From: Phycisphaeraceae bacterium | Lineage (GTDB): Bacteria; Planctomycetota; Phycisphaerae; Phycisphaerales; Phycisphaeraceae | Direction of reading: 5' to 3' | NCBI GenBank assembly: GCA_963674705.1 | Contig: OY771506.1 | Coordinates: 2,752,001 to 2,816,000 of the forward strand | Length of the DNA: 64,000 nt | Shown here: positions 50,611 through 62,128 of the stretch, in pieces | Layout: each line of letters starts with the position of its first letter | Position numbering within the stretch: the first letter of the stretch is position 1 | Translations under genes and position numbers: made by a program | The notes under the pieces: generated by a model | Told to the model about the DNA's origin: nothing | The model's input: the letters and a program-made list of their open reading frames with translations, nothing else | The model's database searches: none

Positions 50611-51516
50611 AACGCATCAGTTAGTCCTCGGTCGACGACCGGGGGCTGTTTGTCCTGCATCTATCCATATAGTCTCGAAACAGATCGGATTGGTTCGATC
50701 GCATGCAAGAAGTGATGGCAACTTTGCCAATTGCTGGTCAAAACATCATGCCTGTTTACTTATACGAACGGTGATGGATATGCAAGCCGGCCTGCCGGAG
50801 TGTGCGCGACAGGCCGGGCGTACGACTGGCTGAACGCCGGGGGTTGTGAGTCGACCCACAACGTGCGCACGGCTACCGATCGCGACAGAACCGTGCGCCC
50901 AAAGAGTGGTGGATAACTGACGTCTGGCGCGAGGCCGATTTGCAGGTAAGAAACTATTGATGTAGTTCGCTCATGCCCGGCGTCCCGACCGAGCAACGGC
51001 GCGGCCGCGAGCTTGATAAACGACGACTTGGTGACATCACTAATGAACTTGATGAAGATCGGCCAAGTCCGTGCATGTCATGATGATGGTGTGCAGAAAG
51101 ACTCGCAACACAATTGTCGTACAACCATATCAAGGCGCAAGTAGCTACTTCCACTCAGCATCATAAAACATAGTGTTATGTCTTATGTGCTTGATGAAGT
51201 ATTTCTTCTTCTTGTTGCGAACAAGTATGCAAAGATAGTGGTGGTAAACGGACGCATTCAATGTATACTGGCTCTTATCTGGTCAACGACCGGACGGCGG
51301 CGGTTATATTGACATATCATGAAAGTGGAGGGAGTTCGAGCGGTTCATTATGGGTGGTTCACTTCTGAACGCACCATTGGGCGGGTTAATCATTATCTAC
51401 GTATGTAGCGTTATCGCGTTCCTGATGCGCGATATCTGTTTAACGACTATTTAGCTTAATAACAGGCTATGTGCCTGATTCATTACTTATACACAATTCA
51501 AAATGGGAGAAAGAAC

Positions 51517-52410
51517 ATGTCAACAAAGCTTTCCTGCACTCACGCCATGATGATCGGTGCCGCATTATCGATGTCCGGATCACTCACAACACAATCGACA
51601 CAAGCGGACGTCGTCGTAGAGCAGCGTATCAACACGAGCAGCCTGGTGATCCCGACGTTTAACACCGCACTGGGGACGCTTCAGAGCGTAGATTTGCAAA
51701 TCACTATGTTGCCGGGCACGACCAGCACGGTGGGTCAGCATTCGCACATGCCGGCCCAATCGCAGGTAACATCGGCGAACACAATCATGGCTGATTCGGT
51801 GAGTCCCTTTGCGCCGCAGACATTCCAGACGAACTTTGGCGGCGGGCATACGCACCCGACGGCCTCACCCGGTTATAGCGGCGGCGGGCTGACGATTGCG
51901 CCTTTCAATCTAACTATCTCCTCCGATACATCGCATGTGCATGATGTCACGATCACCTATGGCGGCACGCAGACGGTTGATCAAAACGTATTCGGGCCCG
52001 ACGAGCTGCGCGTCGTCGCCAACATCCAGCCGACATCAGGAAGCGGTCTTCACAATCACAGCTACGGCTCTTCAAATCAGAACCTCAACTACAGCGGAGC
52101 GCAGGTGTCGCCTTTCCTGGCGGTCGGCGATATCGTGATCCCGGCCTCAACGTTCAACACGATACCAAGCAGCCCCCATACGCATTCGTTGGCTCCGTTC
52201 AGCTTCCCTGTGAATACCGATGAAGGTATTCAGGTTGTTCAATTCTCCGGCATTAACTTCAACAGTTACGCTATGCAGGGCCATCAGATCGATCCATGGT
52301 TTACCACAAGGGCGACGTTTACATATGAGCCGGTCCCTGAACCCGCGAGTGTTGCGCTGATTGGTTTGGGGATGCTGGGGGTGTTGCGACGGGTTAAGAG
52401 GCGAGGATGA
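51517..52410 (+). CDS. PEP-CTERM protein, choice-of-anchor-E-like ends, HxH repeats
   Basis: FNTALGTLQSV start, TFTYEPVPEP-TM-RRVKRR end, five HxH motifs. Confidence 0.85.
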   Translation: MSTKLSCTHAMMIGAALSMSGSLTTQSTQADVVVEQRINTSSLVIPTFNTALGTLQSVDLQITMLPGTTSTVGQHSHMPAQSQVTSANTIMADSVSPFAPQTFQTNFGGGHTHPTASPGYSGGGLTIAPFNLTISSDTSHVHDVTITYGGTQTVDQNVFGPDELRVVANIQPTSGSGLHNHSYGSSNQNLNYSGAQVSPFLAVGDIVIPASTFNTIPSSPHTHSLAPFSFPVNTDEGIQVVQFSGINFNSYAMQGHQIDPWFTTRATFTYEPVPEPASVALIGLGMLGVLRRVKRRG

Positions 52411-52528
52411 AGTAAAGACAAATGCGCGATTATCGAATGACGAATGAATACCTAAATGACCAAGTGCAATAATAGTCGTTGATATTTGTGTTTATTTCAT
52501 ATGTCTTTCGTGCATTGATTAGCGTCCG

Positions 52529-52566
52529 GCCCTCACCCCGGCCCTCTCCCCGGGGGAGAGAGAGTG
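52529..52566. repeat. REP-like CCCTCACCCCGGCCCTCTCCC...GGGAGAG hairpin
   Basis: Read directly; single copy in window. Confidence 0.5.
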
Positions 52567-52813
52567 AGCGTATGTTTCATACGTACATCTTTGTAATAAG
52601 TGGTAGTGTGTATTGGTTGAACGTGCATGTTCATACTTAGCTTTATCACGGCAATAGGATGAGGGGTGGTGGCGGGGATGTTTTATGCGTTTTCTTCATT
52701 CATGATGAAATCGCTTGGTAATCTTCAGCCGGCACGTGGGACCGAGGTGATGTGTAGCTAGTTCGTTTCGGCGCGGTATGATATGGACTCACACTTTTCA
52801 CGGGAGGTGGTTC

Positions 52814-53353
52814 ATGTCTGACTCGAGCATGATGCTGATCAAGTCTTCGGTAACGGAACAGATGGGCGCGTCTTTGCAGATGTTGCATGCGTGTATTGTG
52901 AAGTGTCCGGATGCGTTGTGGGAAGAGCGTGTGGGCAAGTGTGCGTTCTGGGAGGTGGCTTATCACATCGCATTTTATGCGGATCTATACCTGACGCCTC
53001 ACCTGGATCAGTACACGGGTGAGCCGAAGTGGGCGTGGCCTCACGCGGCTGGTTTTGGGCACAGGATGGAGCCGCCATTCGATGTGTTGAAACCGGAGGA
53101 GGTTGGGCCGGTGTTGGATCGCCAGATGGTGGCGGCGTATGTCAAAGGGATCATCGGGAAGCTTCGTCGCGTGATGGAAGCGGAGACGGCAGAGACACTT
53201 GCCGGTGAGTGCGGCTTTTTCTGGTATCCGATCAATCGCTTATCGATGCATTTGAATAACATACGTCACGTCATGCATCACACGGGGCAACTGTCCGCGG
53301 TGCTGCGTCGGGCTGGGGTCAATATCGACTGGCTGCAAAAAGCGGCGGAATAA
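52814..53353 (+). CDS. DinB family protein
   Basis: FWEVAYH..F..D.YL and N.RHVMHHTGQL metal-binding His. Confidence 0.85.
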   Translation: MSDSSMMLIKSSVTEQMGASLQMLHACIVKCPDALWEERVGKCAFWEVAYHIAFYADLYLTPHLDQYTGEPKWAWPHAAGFGHRMEPPFDVLKPEEVGPVLDRQMVAAYVKGIIGKLRRVMEAETAETLAGECGFFWYPINRLSMHLNNIRHVMHHTGQLSAVLRRAGVNIDWLQKAAE

Positions 53354-53504
53354 GGATATTTCGGTCTGCCGATGTGTATATTTGTCCCAGAATTGCAGAT
53401 TTTTATGTCTGGATTCTTCCTTTCAGTATAAGAATAGTCATAGACTTATTGTCGAACCGTGGGCGCTGCGCAGGCGTAGATGCGGTATGGAAGGAGGTTC
53501 CCGG

Positions 53505-53819
53505 ATGGACCTGACTATTCGTAACGATGGATTTGAGATGAGTGAAGCGATCGATACACATGTGCGTGAACGAGTGTCTGCTGCGCTCGATCAGCACAGC
53601 AGCCACGTGCGTTCGGTGGCGGTGACTGTTCGTGATGAGAACGGCCCGAAGGGCGGGGTTGATAAATCATGTCTGTTGCAGGTGGACCTGGACTTCCGCC
53701 ACGAGCCTGTGATTATCAAGAAGCTGCACGAGGATATCTATCTGGCTGTGACCGAAGCCGCCGACGCTGTGAAGCGCACGGTGGGGCGGCTGGTGAATCG
53801 GTTGAAGGATCACCGGTAA
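53505..53819 (+). CDS. HPF/RaiA family ribosome-associated protein
   Basis: V.V.VRDENGPKGGVDKSC...DIYLAV..AAD; GGAGG RBS. Confidence 0.85.
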   Translation: MDLTIRNDGFEMSEAIDTHVRERVSAALDQHSSHVRSVAVTVRDENGPKGGVDKSCLLQVDLDFRHEPVIIKKLHEDIYLAVTEAADAVKRTVGRLVNRLKDHR

Positions 53820-54225
53820 AGTAAAGGCTTGAGTCTTGAGGCTTGAGTGAAGAAGTGATAACGCGTTCAGTAAGTGGCTGGCAACGCCGCGAACTCTGAT
53901 CGTGGTGTGGCTGAATGTTCAATGTCCGATGTGCAATGTTCAATCGGCAATCCATGCTAATGGCTACGAGCTAACGGCTAATGGCCCAATCAATTTAACC
54001 TCCCAAGTCGCGGGTGTGGGGTTCAGACATGGACTCCACGTTCCCGCGTTTTTTTGTTGGCGTTTGCGGGTGGTGGTTATGATGCAGACCCGACCAGGAT
54101 GGTCGAGCTATAGGATTGAAGCATTTGTCATTAGCCATTGGTCACAAGAAACCCGGATCTTCGCTGCGATCAGGACCGGCGTTGGGGGGGGGAGAAAGCC
54201 ACCACCACCAGCCACCGGTCACCAG

Positions 54226-55458
54226 TCAGAGGCGTTGAATGTTTTGTGGGCCCTTGATGCGGTAGCGGATGCTGCGCCAGGTAATGGTTCGGCCGAACGC
54301 GGCACGCAACAGTAAAAGCAGGTTGATACCGAGCCAGAGTGGTGTGGTCCAGCGTTCAAGTTTGAAGGTGGGGTTGAGTTGCTTGACGACTTGTGGTCCG
54401 AGCGTGACGCGGACGGCTTTCTGTCGCAGCGTTGCGCGGACCTGGTTGGAAGTGAAGACGAGCAAGAACGCGCCGATCGCGATATACCGTTCATGAGCGT
54501 TATTCGGCGCAATAAGCAGCACGGCGGCGGAGGTCATGCCTGCGAAGTAGAGCGCGTTGATCAAAACAGCGAGGATGAAGACCAGCGGCGCGTGTATGCG
54601 TGTGATGAGGTACTGGCGGTAGGCGAAGTCGAGCAGGCCGGACATGTCGTAGTCAACGGGCGAGGCGACGAGACATTCGGGCACGAAGTAGATGCGTTTG
54701 CCGAGTTCACGGGCCATGCGTGTAACCTGGTAGTCGTCACTGATCGCGCCGCGCCAGTGTCCGATGAGGTCGGCTTGTTGTGCGGTGGCAGCACGCATGG
54801 CCATGGACCCGCCCCATGCGTGGGTGTATCTTTCGCGTCGGATCAGGGCGGCGGTAGAGCTGTTGAGGATACTGGCGATCTTCGCTGCGAAGTTGACTTC
54901 GGTCTGTCCCGGCTTGGAGACGGGCACGAGCCAGCGGAAACCGGTGGTGACAGCGGTGCGATCCTGGCAGAGCGGGCCGACCAGTTCGCCTAACCATGCG
55001 GGGCCCGGTACGGCATCAGAGTCTGCGAAGACCCAAGCCTCTTCGCCGAGTTGTGCTTGCTGCAGGTGTTCGACGGCGGCGATGAGGTTGTGGACTTTCT
55101 GACCTTCATTGGGTCCGGCGGCGCCGGCGGTGATGATGGTCGCTCGGCGCTGGGGATGCTCCGCGATCGCTTCGAGCAGCAGGGGGTATGCCTCATCTTG
55201 TTCATCCTCGACGATCAACAGCAGGTGATAGTCGGGATAGTCCTGCGTGAACAGGCCGTGCAGGTTGCTGCGCAGCGCGGGTTCGACGCCCTTGAACGGG
55301 ACGATAAGTGCGGCCTTGGGGCGATAGCCTGAGTACCGTTTGGATTGCGAATGTGTAACGGTATCAACGAGCTTGAACTGAGCGACCGCTGCGTACGCCG
55401 CCTGTACCGCCCAAGCGACAGTCAGGCCTAACAGGATCCAGCCAACAAGCTCGTTCAT
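54226..55458 (-). CDS. GT2-superfamily membrane glycosyltransferase (ceramide glucosyltransferase-like)
   Basis: LIVPFKG, QKVHNL, FADSD, AWGGSMA, ISDD, RQ motifs. Confidence 0.85.
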   Translation of the reverse strand: MNELVGWILLGLTVAWAVQAAYAAVAQFKLVDTVTHSQSKRYSGYRPKAALIVPFKGVEPALRSNLHGLFTQDYPDYHLLLIVEDEQDEAYPLLLEAIAEHPQRRATIITAGAAGPNEGQKVHNLIAAVEHLQQAQLGEEAWVFADSDAVPGPAWLGELVGPLCQDRTAVTTGFRWLVPVSKPGQTEVNFAAKIASILNSSTAALIRRERYTHAWGGSMAMRAATAQQADLIGHWRGAISDDYQVTRMARELGKRIYFVPECLVASPVDYDMSGLLDFAYRQYLITRIHAPLVFILAVLINALYFAGMTSAAVLLIAPNNAHERYIAIGAFLLVFTSNQVRATLRQKAVRVTLGPQVVKQLNPTFKLERWTTPLWLGINLLLLLRAAFGRTITWRSIRYRIKGPQNIQRL

Positions 55459-55501
55459 CCGTACGGGTTCCGCGGCGTTTGCGTGACGGTGACGGCCCGA
55501 A

Positions 55502-57124
<1,623 letters not shown>

Positions 57125-57258
57125 AGCAAAGGTACTCAGTAGTGCGGGGTTAAAGCGGCGTCGGTCACCGCGGACGCCATAAGGGTGGGATTGTACGCGA
57201 TTATGGCGACCTGTTGGTGCTTTGCCAAGTTAATAAGGATAGGTTTAGATACGTCGCT

Positions 57259-57597
57259 ATGGACAAGATCAAGGAAAAATTCTGCAGCCGCTGCGGATAC
57301 GACCTGACGGGTCTGGATTTTGAGGGGCGTTGTCCGGAGTGCGGCGGGTACTTCAGCCAATGGTCCGGGGAGGGGCTAAAAGACTTTGGGCCCATGGCTA
57401 AGCATCGGCGGGGGGAGAATGTGGTTCGGATTGTCCAGATCGTGGTGTTGGTGTTTCTGGCAGTGGGTCTGATCGGGTTCGGCTCGCTGTATTACATGTG
57501 GTATGGTGAGTACAAGCCGCTTTTCTTCACCAGCGTCGTTGCACTGATTTTCCTGGTGTTCGCCGGGGTGACGGCACTGTCGCTACTTAAGAAGTGA
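57259..57597 (+). CDS. Zinc-ribbon membrane protein
   Basis: CSRCGYDLTGL...CPECG plus two TM. Confidence 0.7.
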   Translation: MDKIKEKFCSRCGYDLTGLDFEGRCPECGGYFSQWSGEGLKDFGPMAKHRRGENVVRIVQIVVLVFLAVGLIGFGSLYYMWYGEYKPLFFTSVVALIFLVFAGVTALSLLKK

Positions 57598-57609
57598 TCG
57601 TTGAACCTC

Positions 57610-57636
57610 TTGCACGCCGGAGTTACGTGTTATAAT
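57610..57636 (+). promoter_or_regulatory. sigma70-type promoter (extended -10)
   Basis: TTGCAC...TGtTATAAT upstream of lipoprotein gene. Confidence 0.5.
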
Positions 57637-57705
57637 CCAGGCACGAACAGGGACGCCGAGGGCGCCATATCAATCGAACTATTTAAACAAAGAAGGAGAG
57701 CAGTC

Positions 57706-58086
57706 ATGCACAAGATGAGTCGTCAACTTGTTTTGGTGTTGTTAGCGGTGGGCTTCATGGTGGTACTTGGGTGTAAGACGGATCAACCGGGCGTGACCAA
57801 CACCGCAGGCACGATCAAGGCCACGCTTGCCTCGAACCCCGATAAGGTGACCGAGGTATCGAAGAAGGTCCTGGAAGATATGGACCTGGCCATCATCAGC
57901 AGCGGTTCGACCTCGATTGACGGTCAAGTCGAAGCCCGCACCGCGCAGGATGTCAAAGTCAAGATCACATGCAACAAGGCGGGCGACGACGTCACGGACA
58001 TCTCGATCCGCGTCGGCACACTCGGCGACAAGCAGTTGAGCATGACCATCCTGGATGAAATCAAGAAAGAACTGGGCGTGAAGTGA
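57706..58086 (+). CDS. DUF3568-like lipoprotein
   Basis: Lipobox VLGC; ISIRVGTLGDKQLS..IL..I motif. Confidence 0.75.
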   Translation: MHKMSRQLVLVLLAVGFMVVLGCKTDQPGVTNTAGTIKATLASNPDKVTEVSKKVLEDMDLAIISSGSTSIDGQVEARTAQDVKVKITCNKAGDDVTDISIRVGTLGDKQLSMTILDEIKKELGVK

Positions 58087-58214
58087 TTTTTTGGGGTCTG
58101 GGGGTAAAAGAGCCGTTGACAGGAGAGCAGGGGAGCAGGCGATGTCACAGTCGCAGTGCTCTACTGCTCTTCTTTTATTTCACCAGTTCTGAGGATTTGG
58201 GTGACGGTAAAGCA

Positions 58215-58439
58215 GAAACGCAGAAAATATAATCCGATACCCGATACCCGATACCCGATACCCGATACCCGATACCCGATACCCGGGAAGATACCCGGCC
58301 CTTCGCTTCGCTCAGAACCGGCGTTGGGGGGGAGGGAAGCCATTAGCCTTTAGCCGTTAGCCATTAGCAATACAATTCCCACACCCCACACCCCACACCC
58401 CACACCCCACACCCCACACCCCACACCCCACACCCCACA
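58215..58439 (+). repeat. Composite heptamer element copy 1: (CCGATAC)7 - core - AGCCATT-type - (CCCCACA)8
   Basis: Read directly; shares leader, core and linker with 59211-59594. Confidence 0.9.
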
Positions 58440-58441
58440 CC

Positions 58442-59137
58442 CTATCCACCCTTCGCCCATCCGGCCTTCGGCTCGGTACCTTCGCGCAGGCGCTGGATGT
58501 TGCCGCGGTGGCGCAGGGTGATCAGCAGCGCCAGGATGAGCGTTACCACGGTGTAAACGATGGTTTGGCCTATGCTTCGGCCCCATGCCAGGGCACTTGC
58601 GATGGCGAGGGCGGGCAGCGAGCAGGCGGCGGCGACGCTACCGAGGCTGACGTAGCCGGTGATTTTGACCATGGCGACCCAGCCGAGGCCCGCGATGATG
58701 CCGGGGATGGTCAGGACGGGCCAGAACCCGAGCAGGACGCCAAGACCGGTGGCGACGCCCTTACCACCTTTGAACTTCAGCCAGATTGAGAACACGTGAC
58801 CCAGGACGGCCGCAACCGCGATCGCCAGCCATTGCATCAGCGCTACCGCATCCCCCGAACCTCCTGCCACTTCTACACTTGGTGGGTTTAAGCACGCGAG
58901 GCCTGTCCATAGGCCGTAACTTAGTGTGGGGCCCATGCCTTTGCCGACGTCCAGCAGGAAGCAGATGATCCCCCAGCTCCGGCCAAGCACGCGTCCGGCA
59001 TTGGTCGCCCCGACATTACCGCTGCCGGCTTTCCGGATATCCACACCCTTCGTCAGCCCGATCAGCAGCCCAAACGGGATCGATCCCACCAGATACGCGC
59101 CAAGCAACCAGATGCACCATGCCAGGGTTGGATTCAT
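58442..59137 (-). CDS. plsY: Glycerol-3-phosphate acyltransferase
   Basis: YLVGSIPFG, GSGNVGATN, DVGKG, GHVFS, FKGGKGVAT, RHRGNIQRL..G.E. Confidence 0.95.
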   Translation of the reverse strand: MNPTLAWCIWLLGAYLVGSIPFGLLIGLTKGVDIRKAGSGNVGATNAGRVLGRSWGIICFLLDVGKGMGPTLSYGLWTGLACLNPPSVEVAGGSGDAVALMQWLAIAVAAVLGHVFSIWLKFKGGKGVATGLGVLLGFWPVLTIPGIIAGLGWVAMVKITGYVSLGSVAAACSLPALAIASALAWGRSIGQTIVYTVVTLILALLITLRHRGNIQRLREGTEPKAGWAKGG

Positions 59138-59210
59138 GGGTAGATTGTAATGTTTAGTACAGGAGATAGGAGAACAGGGGAGCAGGAGAGGCGGAAATCG
59201 GAAAACGCAG

Positions 59211-59594
59211 GAAACGCAGAAAATATAATCCGATACCCGATACCCGATACCCGATACCCGATACCCGATACCCGATACCCGATACCCGATACCCGATACC
59301 CGATACCCGATACCCGATACCCGATACCCGGGAAGATACCCGGCCCTTCGCTTCGCTCAGAACCGGCGTTGGGGGGGAGGGGAAGCCATTAGCCTTTAGC
59401 CATTAGCCATTAGCCATTAGCACAAATCATAAATCATCAATCCCAAATCATAAATACAATTCCCCAATCCCCAATCCCCAATCCCCAATCCCCAATCCCC
59501 AATCCCCAATCCCCAATCCCCAATCCCCAATCCCCAATCCCCAATCCCCAATCCCCAATCCCCAATCCCCAATCCCCAATCCCCAATCCCCAAT
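59211..59594 (+). repeat. Composite heptamer element copy 2: (CCGATAC)14 - core - AGCCATT-type - (CCCCAAT)19
   Basis: Read directly. Confidence 0.9.
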
Positions 59595-59634
59595 CCCATT
59601 TACACACCGCCGCCCGGGGCCTATCATGTTGTGT

Positions 59635-59835
59635 ATGAAATGGATACCGATACCAGCGGCTGTCATAACGTTCCTGTTGTCTGTCGGACCGGTGCTGGCG
59701 CAGAACGCGACCAAGGCCCCTGCGCCCAAGGATTCGATGGCCAAGCCATGGGCTTCGATCGTGGTGGCATTCTTATTGATGGTCCTTGTGGCGGTCGGCA
59801 GCTTCCTGAGCGCCAAGCGCGGGCACCAGGACTAA
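59635..59835 (+). CDS. Small membrane protein
   Basis: Signal-like N-terminus, TM, basic tail SAKRGHQD. Confidence 0.55.
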   Translation: MKWIPIPAAVITFLLSVGPVLAQNATKAPAPKDSMAKPWASIVVAFLLMVLVAVGSFLSAKRGHQD

Positions 59836-59899
59836 ACGCATCGACATGGTTCGGCTGAGGTCTTCCGGCCTCGGCTTTGTTCATACGGAAGGATTAAGC

Positions 59900-60196
59900 A
59901 TGAACAAACGATCACTTGCGGGATTGATTCTCATCAACGCGGTGCTGCTGGCGTCGCTGGTTGTCACGGCTTTCAGCCCCAAGGAAGCGCAGGCGCAGTT
60001 CGGCGGGGGCGGCGGCCAGTACCTGATGATCGCTGGTGACGTGACCGGCCGATCTTCGCAGCAGGCGGTGTACATCATCGACATGCGGTCCAGCCGGGTC
60101 GCGGCGATCATGTTCAACGGCTCGAACAACTCGCTGGAGATCATCGCCGGTCGCGATGTCCGTCAGGACGCCTCCAGGCCCGCGGGCGGGCGCTGA
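59900..60196 (+). CDS. Hypothetical exported protein
   Basis: N-terminal TM, AQAQ site, small beta-rich domain; GAAGGA RBS. Confidence 0.7.
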   Translation: MNKRSLAGLILINAVLLASLVVTAFSPKEAQAQFGGGGGQYLMIAGDVTGRSSQQAVYIIDMRSSRVAAIMFNGSNNSLEIIAGRDVRQDASRPAGGR

Positions 60197-60254
60197 TACG
60201 CCAAGGCGTTAGTTCTTCTTTTTTTGACTTACATATACATTCGGGAGTCCACCG

Positions 60255-60581
60255 ATGAAACGGATTGAAACCGCTTGTTACGCCTTGATCGCTTCGGCGT
60301 TCGTATTGGGCGGGTTGCTGATTACGCAGGTCGCCAATACACCCAACACCGCCGAGGCCGGCCTGGTCATTTCGCGTGATGACTTCACGCTGCTCAGTGC
60401 CCGGACACGTTCGGGTGAAGAATCCTTGTTCGTGATCAACAACAACACCAACCGCCTGTTGATCTATACGCTGAACCTGACCGGCAATCGAATCGAACTG
60501 GCAGGCGGGGCGGATCTGACCACCCTGTTTAATACCGGTGCCGGCGAAGACAATGATGCCGACGACCGTCGCCGTCGTTAA
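60255..60581 (+). CDS. Hypothetical exported protein, similar architecture to the upstream gene
   Basis: N-terminal TM, AEA site, ESLFVINN...LLIY; GGGAG RBS. Confidence 0.7.
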   Translation: MKRIETACYALIASAFVLGGLLITQVANTPNTAEAGLVISRDDFTLLSARTRSGEESLFVINNNTNRLLIYTLNLTGNRIELAGGADLTTLFNTGAGEDNDADDRRRR

Positions 60582-60635
60582 CTCAAACAATTGATCCCGA
60601 TTCAGGGCGGGACGCGAATCAGGGATGATCGCTGC

Positions 60636-61772
60636 ATGATTCAACCGAACAACGAACCCAGGGCCGACCGGGTCGCCGCGATAGCGCAAAAGGTCCTGGC
60701 CGGTGAAGCTATTAACCGTGATGATGCCGTCACGCTGACGCAGGTCAGTGGGGATGATATCTACGACCTGTTTTTCTGGGCGAACAAGATCCGTATCAAG
60801 TTCGTCGGGAGGCAGGTCAAGTTCTGCTCGATCGTAACCGGCAAGGTCGGCGCGTGCAGCGAGGATTGCGGGTATTGCTCGCAATCCAAGCATCACCAGA
60901 CGCACGTCACGCCCGACAAGATGACGGTCGACCAGATGCACTCGGCCGCGGACGAGGCGATCCAGAACGGGGCGTCGAGCTTCGGTATCGTGAACTCCGG
61001 CCGCGGGCCGACGGATCGTGAACTGGATTGGATGGAGCCGTTCTTCAAGAAGACAGCGGAAGAAGGCACGATCCGCCCGTGCGCGACGCTCGGTGAGTTG
61101 ACGCTCGATCAGGCGCGTCGTCTCAAAGCGATGGGCGTTCAGCGCATCAACCACAACCTCGAAACCAGCGAACGCCACTTCGCGAACGTGATCAGCACGC
61201 ACACCTACGCCGACCGCAAACGCACGATCCAGACAGCCAAGGCTGCGGGTCTGTCGATCTGCTCCGGCGGGATCTTCGGGCTGGGTGAAGACTGGAACGA
61301 CCGATTGGATATGGCGTTTGAACTGCGCGAACTGGGCGCGGACGTCGTGCCGATCAACTTTTTGAACGCGATCCAGGGCACACCAATCTACGGGAAGGTT
61401 GAGAAGCTTTCGCCGCTGGAGGCGCTAAAGATCGTAGCGGTCTACCGATTCATTTTGCCAGATAGAGAACTGAAGATCGCCGGCGGGCGTGAGAAGATCC
61501 TCCGAGATATGCAGAGCTGGATGTTCTTCGCAGGCGGATCAAGCTTCCTGATCGGCAACTACCTGACCACGTTCGGCAGATCGCCCAAAGACGATCACCA
61601 GATGCTCAAGGACCTGGGCTTAAGCTACACCACGTTCGACGAGATCGAACACGAAGCCGAACCAGCCACCGCAACCTCCCACGGCCCGGGGCATCCGGTC
61701 AACGCGCCGAACGCGCTACTGTCTCGCAAGCATGATTCACTTCTGACATTGCCGGTGATGCAGGGGGAGTGA
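60636..61772 (+). CDS. bioB: Biotin synthase
   Basis: CSEDCGYCSQS radical-SAM motif, NHNLETS, CSGGIFGLGE, VPINFL, AGGRE, GNYLTT. Confidence 0.96.
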   Translation: MIQPNNEPRADRVAAIAQKVLAGEAINRDDAVTLTQVSGDDIYDLFFWANKIRIKFVGRQVKFCSIVTGKVGACSEDCGYCSQSKHHQTHVTPDKMTVDQMHSAADEAIQNGASSFGIVNSGRGPTDRELDWMEPFFKKTAEEGTIRPCATLGELTLDQARRLKAMGVQRINHNLETSERHFANVISTHTYADRKRTIQTAKAAGLSICSGGIFGLGEDWNDRLDMAFELRELGADVVPINFLNAIQGTPIYGKVEKLSPLEALKIVAVYRFILPDRELKIAGGREKILRDMQSWMFFAGGSSFLIGNYLTTFGRSPKDDHQMLKDLGLSYTTFDEIEHEAEPATATSHGPGHPVNAPNALLSRKHDSLLTLPVMQGE

Positions 61773-61842
61773 ATTACGTATGCAGTGGTTTTATTCCTGC
61801 AATATGCGATCACCCCGAGCAAACCCGGGGCTAATTGGGGGC

Positions 61843-62055
61843 ATGTCTGTGAAGCGGTATTACGAGCAGTCGAAGAAAGCGGTGCCGGTTGAATTAGGTC
61901 TGATCATTGCAGCGAGTTTGGCGTTCTATGCCTTGTCGTTTTTCATACATGTCCCGCTACCGATCATCGTGATCGTTATAGGATTGTCGTTATTCACACT
62001 GTTGTGTGATGTAATTAACATCATTCACTACAAGATGAAACAATCAAAGAGTTGA
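61843..62055 (+). CDS. Small AT-rich 2-TM protein
   Basis: Hydrophobic ORF directly after REP-like 61813-61835. Confidence 0.45.
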   Translation: MSVKRYYEQSKKAVPVELGLIIAASLAFYALSFFIHVPLPIIVIVIGLSLFTLLCDVINIIHYKMKQSKS

Positions 62056-62128
62056 GTGTTAAATCACGCATTCTCATGTTGGTTCGAGTCTTTGCTCGAT
62101 GCAGACGGGAAACCCGCGCCGAACGATG

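Noticed and set aside
50893..50935. Group II intron 5' end (GTGCGCCC); also GAGCCGTATACG near 39224
   Set aside because: No domain V/VI structure and no RT ORF nearby.
58156..59816. ORFs with PIPDTRY, GVWGVGC or GLGIGDW repeats
   Set aside because: They are translations of 7-bp tandem arrays, with no RBS or coding context.
62078..62100. tRNA suggested by GGTTCGAGTC
   Set aside because: No T-stem pairing, no cloverleaf and no CCA end; it is only a small hairpin.
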